NCBI GenBank assembly: GCA_963703345.1
Contig: OY969814.1
Location: 928,001 to 992,000, forward strand
Direction: 5' to 3'
Length of the DNA: 64,000 nucleotides
Origin: an uncultured Chloroflexia bacterium
GTDB lineage: Bacteria; Chloroflexota; Dehalococcoidia; DSTF01; JALHUB01
Made by a program: the position numbers and the translations under genes. The notes beneath the pieces are model-generated. The model saw only the letters and a list, made by a program, of their open reading frames with translations. It ran no database searches and was not told the DNA's origin. Of the stretch, positions 61,058 through 64,000 are shown one piece after another (the stretch's first letter is position 1; each line of letters opens with the position of its first letter).

Positions 61058-61588
61058 CTACGCGGGGAACATGCCCTCCATCAGCGACACGACCATCCTT
61101 CCGCCGGCCACGTCCACCTCCAGGATCACGTCGTCGATGGCCGGCACCAGGATCCGGCCGCGCGGGCCCTGCACCACGTACACGTCGTTGCTGCCGGTCG
61201 GGAACAGCTCCGTCACCTTGCCCAGGTGCTCGCCGTCCTGCTCGTACACCTCCAGCCCGACGATCTGGTACGCGTAGTACTCGCCTTCCGGCAGCGGCCC
61301 CAGCTCCTCCTCCGGCAGCGAAACGACCCGACCGCACAGCCCCTCCACCCCTTCCCGGGACGCGACACCGGTGAACTTCAGCAAGAGGAGGCCCCTCTGT
61401 CGCCGGACCGACTCCACCTCGTAGGAGACGCCTTCGATCCAGAGCGACTTGCCGGCGGCGAAGTGCTCCAGCCGCGCCGTCAGCGGTTCGACCTTCATCT
61501 CGCCGTGCAGAGCGTGAGGCGCCACCACGCGTCCGATGGCCACGTGTCCCGGCGCTGGTTCAGGTGAGGGGGCGTCTTCGGTTGGCAT
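61058..61588 (-). CDS. rimM: 16S rRNA processing protein RimM
   Basis: IGRVVAPHALHGEMKV, EGEYY..QIVG, TGSNDVYVV; ffh-rpsP-KH-rimM synteny. Confidence 0.94.
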   Translation of the reverse strand: MPTEDAPSPEPAPGHVAIGRVVAPHALHGEMKVEPLTARLEHFAAGKSLWIEGVSYEVESVRRQRGLLLLKFTGVASREGVEGLCGRVVSLPEEELGPLPEGEYYAYQIVGLEVYEQDGEHLGKVTELFPTGSNDVYVVQGPRGRILVPAIDDVILEVDVAGGRMVVSLMEGMFPA

Positions 61589-61607
61589 GGCGAGGCCTTG
61601 GTCCGGA

Positions 61608-61841
61608 CTACTCGCCGATCTCGAGGATGGCCCGGCGCACGCCCCGACGCGCCGCCGCGACCTTCAGGAGCGCGCGGATGGAATTCGCGATGCGCCCTTG
61701 TTTGCCGATAACTTTGCCCATGTCGGGCTCCGCGACCTCGAGGAAGTAGACGAGCGTGTCGCCTTCCTCCTCCTCTCGGACGCGCACTTCGTCGGGGTTG
61801 TCTACAATCGCCTTCGCGATGTACTCGATGAGCTCTTTCAT
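61608..61841 (-). CDS. khpA: KH-domain RNA-binding protein
   Basis: MKELIEYIAKAIVDNPDEV, DMGKVIGKQGR. Confidence 0.93.
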   Translation of the reverse strand: MKELIEYIAKAIVDNPDEVRVREEEEGDTLVYFLEVAEPDMGKVIGKQGRIANSIRALLKVAAARRGVRRAILEIGE

Positions 61842-61853
61842 GTCGGAGCCGGT

Positions 61854-62129
61854 CTACTCAGGCTCGGCTGGGCTCTCGGCGCTCTTCTTGGGGAGCAGTC
61901 CCTGCCTGGCGAGCAGCTTGGCGACAGTCTCCGACGGCTGGGCGCCCTGGTCGAGCCACTTCCTTGCCCTCTCTTCGTCAATCTTTACCGTCGCCGGGTC
62001 CGTCAGCGGGTCGTAGAGGCCCAGCGTTTCGATGAAGGCGCCGTCACGCGGCGCGCGCGAGTCAGCGACAACCACGCGGTACGCTGGCCGCTTCTTCTTC
62101 CCGACTCGCCGCAGTCGAATTCGCAGCAA
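61854..62129 (-). CDS. rpsP: 30S ribosomal protein S16
   Basis: [37 protein letters not shown]. Confidence 0.98.
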   Translation of the reverse strand: MLRIRLRRVGKKKRPAYRVVVADSRAPRDGAFIETLGLYDPLTDPATVKIDEERARKWLDQGAQPSETVAKLLARQGLLPKKSAESPAEPE

Positions 62130-62174
62130 TTAGTCACCTCCAAGTGATGTACCGACCAGCGAATGATAGCAGAG

Positions 62175-63497
62175 TTAGCGGAGCCGGCCAAGAGTCCGCG
62201 GTCCGCGGCCCGACGCCAGCGCCTCCATGAGCTTCTTCGCCTCGCGCCACTGCTTCAGCAATTGGTTGATGTCTTGCGGCGTCGTACCGCTCCCCCGCGC
62301 GATGCGCCGTCGCCGGCTGCCGTCGATCAGGTCCGGCCGGCGCCGCTCCGCCGGCGTCATGGAATAGACGATCGCTTCCATCTTCTTCCAGACGCTGTCG
62401 TCTATCTGCGCTCCCTGGAGCTGCTTCTTCATGCCGCCGAGGCCGGGAATCATGCCGATGATGTCCGTAAGCGAGCCCATCTTCTTCACCTGCTGTATCT
62501 GCGACATGAAGTCGTTCAAGTCCATCGTCCCGGCGCGCATTCGCCTTTCCAGCGACTTCGCTTGCTCGCGGTCGACCGTCTCCTGCGCTTTCTCGATGAG
62601 GCTGAGCATGTCGCCCATGCCCAGAATGCGCGAAGCGAAACGGTCAGGGTGGAACGCCTCAAGCGCGTCCACCTTCTCGCCTGTGCCGATGAACTTGATT
62701 GGCAGTCCGGTCACGGCGCGAATGGACAGGGCCGCGCCGCCGCGGGCATCGCCGTCCATTTTCGTGATAATGAAGCCGTTCACGTCCAGCGTCTGGTGGA
62801 ACTCCAGCGCCACGTTCACAGCCTCCTGGCCGGTCATGGCATCGACGACTAGGAGCACTTCGTTGGGCGCGAAAGAATCGTGCAGCTCCTTCGCCTCGGG
62901 CAGCATCTCCGAGGCGACCTGCATGTAACCTGGCGTGTCGACGATGAGCACGTTGGCGGCGAGTCGCTGCGCCTCCTCGCGGGCGCCCTTTGCAACGCTC
63001 TTCGATTCGCTGTCGCCGGCAAACACGGGGACGTTGAGCTGCCTGCCGAGCGCCTGGAGCTGCTCGCCGGCGGCCACGCGGTGTGGGTCGGCGGCCACGA
63101 GAAGCGGGCGGGAGCCCCCCTTGCGCAGGTGAAGGGCCAGCTTGGCTGCCGTCGTCGTCTTGCCGGCGCCCTTGAGGCCGAAGAGCATGACGACCGTCGG
63201 CCCCGGACTGGCGAACCGTATGGAGGCGTGCGTCTCGCCCAGGATGTGGACGAGCTGCCGCTGGACGATGGCGATCACCTGCTGCGGGCCCGAAAGGCTG
63301 CCGATAATCTCTGCGCCGACAGCTTGCTCGCGGACGCCGCTTATGAACTCGCGCACAACCTTGAAGTTGACATCCGCTTCGAGCAGCGCGATGCGAACTT
63401 CCCGCAACGCCTCATCGAGGTCTTTTTCGGAGACGACGCCGCGGCTGCTTAGGCGGCGAAAGACGTTCTGGAGCTTGTCGGAAAGGAGCTCAAGCAT
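62175..63497 (-). CDS. ffh: Signal recognition particle protein Ffh
   Basis: ALLEADV, GAGKTTT, DAMTGQ, TKMDGDARGG, RILGMGD, SRRRRIARGSG. Confidence 0.97.
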   Translation of the reverse strand: MLELLSDKLQNVFRRLSSRGVVSEKDLDEALREVRIALLEADVNFKVVREFISGVREQAVGAEIIGSLSGPQQVIAIVQRQLVHILGETHASIRFASPGPTVVMLFGLKGAGKTTTAAKLALHLRKGGSRPLLVAADPHRVAAGEQLQALGRQLNVPVFAGDSESKSVAKGAREEAQRLAANVLIVDTPGYMQVASEMLPEAKELHDSFAPNEVLLVVDAMTGQEAVNVALEFHQTLDVNGFIITKMDGDARGGAALSIRAVTGLPIKFIGTGEKVDALEAFHPDRFASRILGMGDMLSLIEKAQETVDREQAKSLERRMRAGTMDLNDFMSQIQQVKKMGSLTDIIGMIPGLGGMKKQLQGAQIDDSVWKKMEAIVYSMTPAERRRPDLIDGSRRRRIARGSGTTPQDINQLLKQWREAKKLMEALASGRGPRTLGRLR

Positions 63498-63738
63498 GGG
63501 GGGCCTCAGATTCATTCTAGGGTCGGGCAAGGAGGCCGTCAAGTTGATTTGCGACCTTGATTTCCCCTTCGCGCGCAAAGGTGCTATTCTTTGATATCCG
63601 GGCCAGGGAAGCCCCCTTGTCTCAGCCGGTCGGGCGCGTGGAGCAATGCTCGTGAGAGACTTGCTCCGTCCTTTTCGAGGGTGCATGAAAGTCATCCAAC
63701 GGGATGGTCGAACGGATGAACAAGCCGGGTCGTATGGG

Positions 63739-64000
63739 TTGAGCAAGATCCGACGGATTTTTCGCAGCCCCTGGCTGGCGCGGATTCGCTGGCCGGCAAC
63801 GCTGGCATTGGCCGCGGCCGGCATCGTGCTCGCGATTCAAGGGCAGAAGCTGTTCCTGGCGCATCCGCCGCAGCAAGACAACGCGATAAATCACTTCGTG
63901 ATAGGGGCGGCGCTGTTCGCCCTCGCTTTCGCCTGGCACCGTGGCACAAGTGCGGAAACGGATCGCGCGCCGCGGCTTCGCATCGACCGCCGGCTCGCCT
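63739..64000 (+). CDS. Partial membrane protein (runs off window)
   Basis: Open frame LSKIRRIF...ATLALAAAGIVLAIQG...FVIGAALFALAFAW; start uncertain. Confidence 0.45.
   Translation, partial: MSKIRRIFRSPWLARIRWPATLALAAAGIVLAIQGQKLFLAHPPQQDNAINHFVIGAALFALAFAWHRGTSAETDRAPRLRIDRRLA

Overview
GC-rich bacterial genome window, probably Chloroflexota/Dehalococcoidia-like (inferred from Thr/Pro-rich surface proteins, cohesin-like and vWA domains, and an F420-dependent LLM enzyme). In order it holds: a fused non-acylating ALDH/Fe-ADH divergent from a group 3b [NiFe]-hydrogenase operon with its maturation protease; surface proteins; a two-component system with a MacAB-type exporter and a GT39; a double-cubane cluster reductase pair (DCCP/DCCP-R); dtxR-feoABC; a kdp operon; alpha-2-macroglobulin; an accessory region with transposon-end-like repeats and a tRNA-Arg-anchored island; and tRNA-Ala, rimM, khpA, rpsP and ffh. 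The main signal is two in-frame UGA codons, each followed by a hairpin with a GUU loop at exactly +22..+24, consistent with a shared bacterial SECIS. The first UGA sits at the first Cys of the hydrogenase N-terminal Ni-binding motif (RI-U-GIC), not the usual C-terminal NiFeSe position. The second lies in a 34-aa leader ORF (MTSLRGFT-U-VC...), absent from the ORF track, upstream of DCCP/DCCP-R, whose end is complementary to the DCCP ribosome-binding site. This suggests a selenocysteine-readthrough selenium sensor controlling DCCP. No sel genes are in the window, and three single-base frameshifts show the sequence may carry errors.
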